A DNA stretch of 34,412 nt, taken from contig KZ538175.1 in NCBI GenBank assembly GCA_000934665.2, forward strand, positions 124,001 to 158,412. Direction: 5' to 3'. The notes beneath the pieces were generated by a model, which was given only the letters and a program-made list of their open reading frames with translations, did no database searches and was not told the DNA's origin. Below, in pieces: positions 34,224 through 34,412 of the stretch. The stretch's first letter is position 1. Each line of letters starts with the position of its first letter. The DNA is from Catajapyx aquilonaris. Lineage: Eukaryota. The position numbers and the translations under genes were made by a program.

Positions 34224-34412
34224 AGGGTGGACTTGTATTGTTTCTTTTCAGCATGACGCGACGTTCTATGTCCATCAGAGCAGGTGTATTGTGTTCTTAA
34301 TAGAGGAGAGGCATGTACTTAATATTGATCTGCATCCATGGGGATAATTGCGATCATTTTTTCTTCAAATCAGTAGCTTACTAATGTGAAAGGCCAGAAC
34401 TTTATCGGATAA

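Noticed and set aside
1..34412. Prokaryotic or phage systems (CRISPR array, operon, defence island)
   Set aside because: No regularly spaced direct repeats, long ORFs or gene-dense organisation; SINEs and microsatellites indicate an animal genome.

Overview
Eukaryotic, most likely invertebrate-animal, non-coding DNA. By eye it is roughly 40-45% GC with no strong CpG depletion, carries microsatellites and tRNA-derived SINEs, and has three single-N breaks at low-complexity runs. I recognise no protein in any of the listed ORFs, and I see no operon, CRISPR array, rRNA or intact tRNA. Best-supported features: two apparently full-length tRNA-headed, (ATT)n-tailed SINEs with target-site duplications (16264-16662; 26883-27149, the latter with a V-SINE-type core) and several simple repeats. 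Weaker calls: a GC/CpG-rich island near 32.3-33.0 kb, next to a short minus-strand exon that could encode a signal-peptide start (MSWWTVVWTLLLA|gtaag), which would make most of the window one long intron; orphan Tc1/mariner-like termini; and homeodomain-motif-rich blocks resembling developmental enhancers. The most distinctive pattern is an excess of TACAGTA/TACTGTA heptamers, the classic Tc1/mariner excision footprint, several of them chained through shared TA dinucleotides to a second motif, TAGGCTA/TAGCCTA. I cannot support a claim of a novel multi-gene biological system here.
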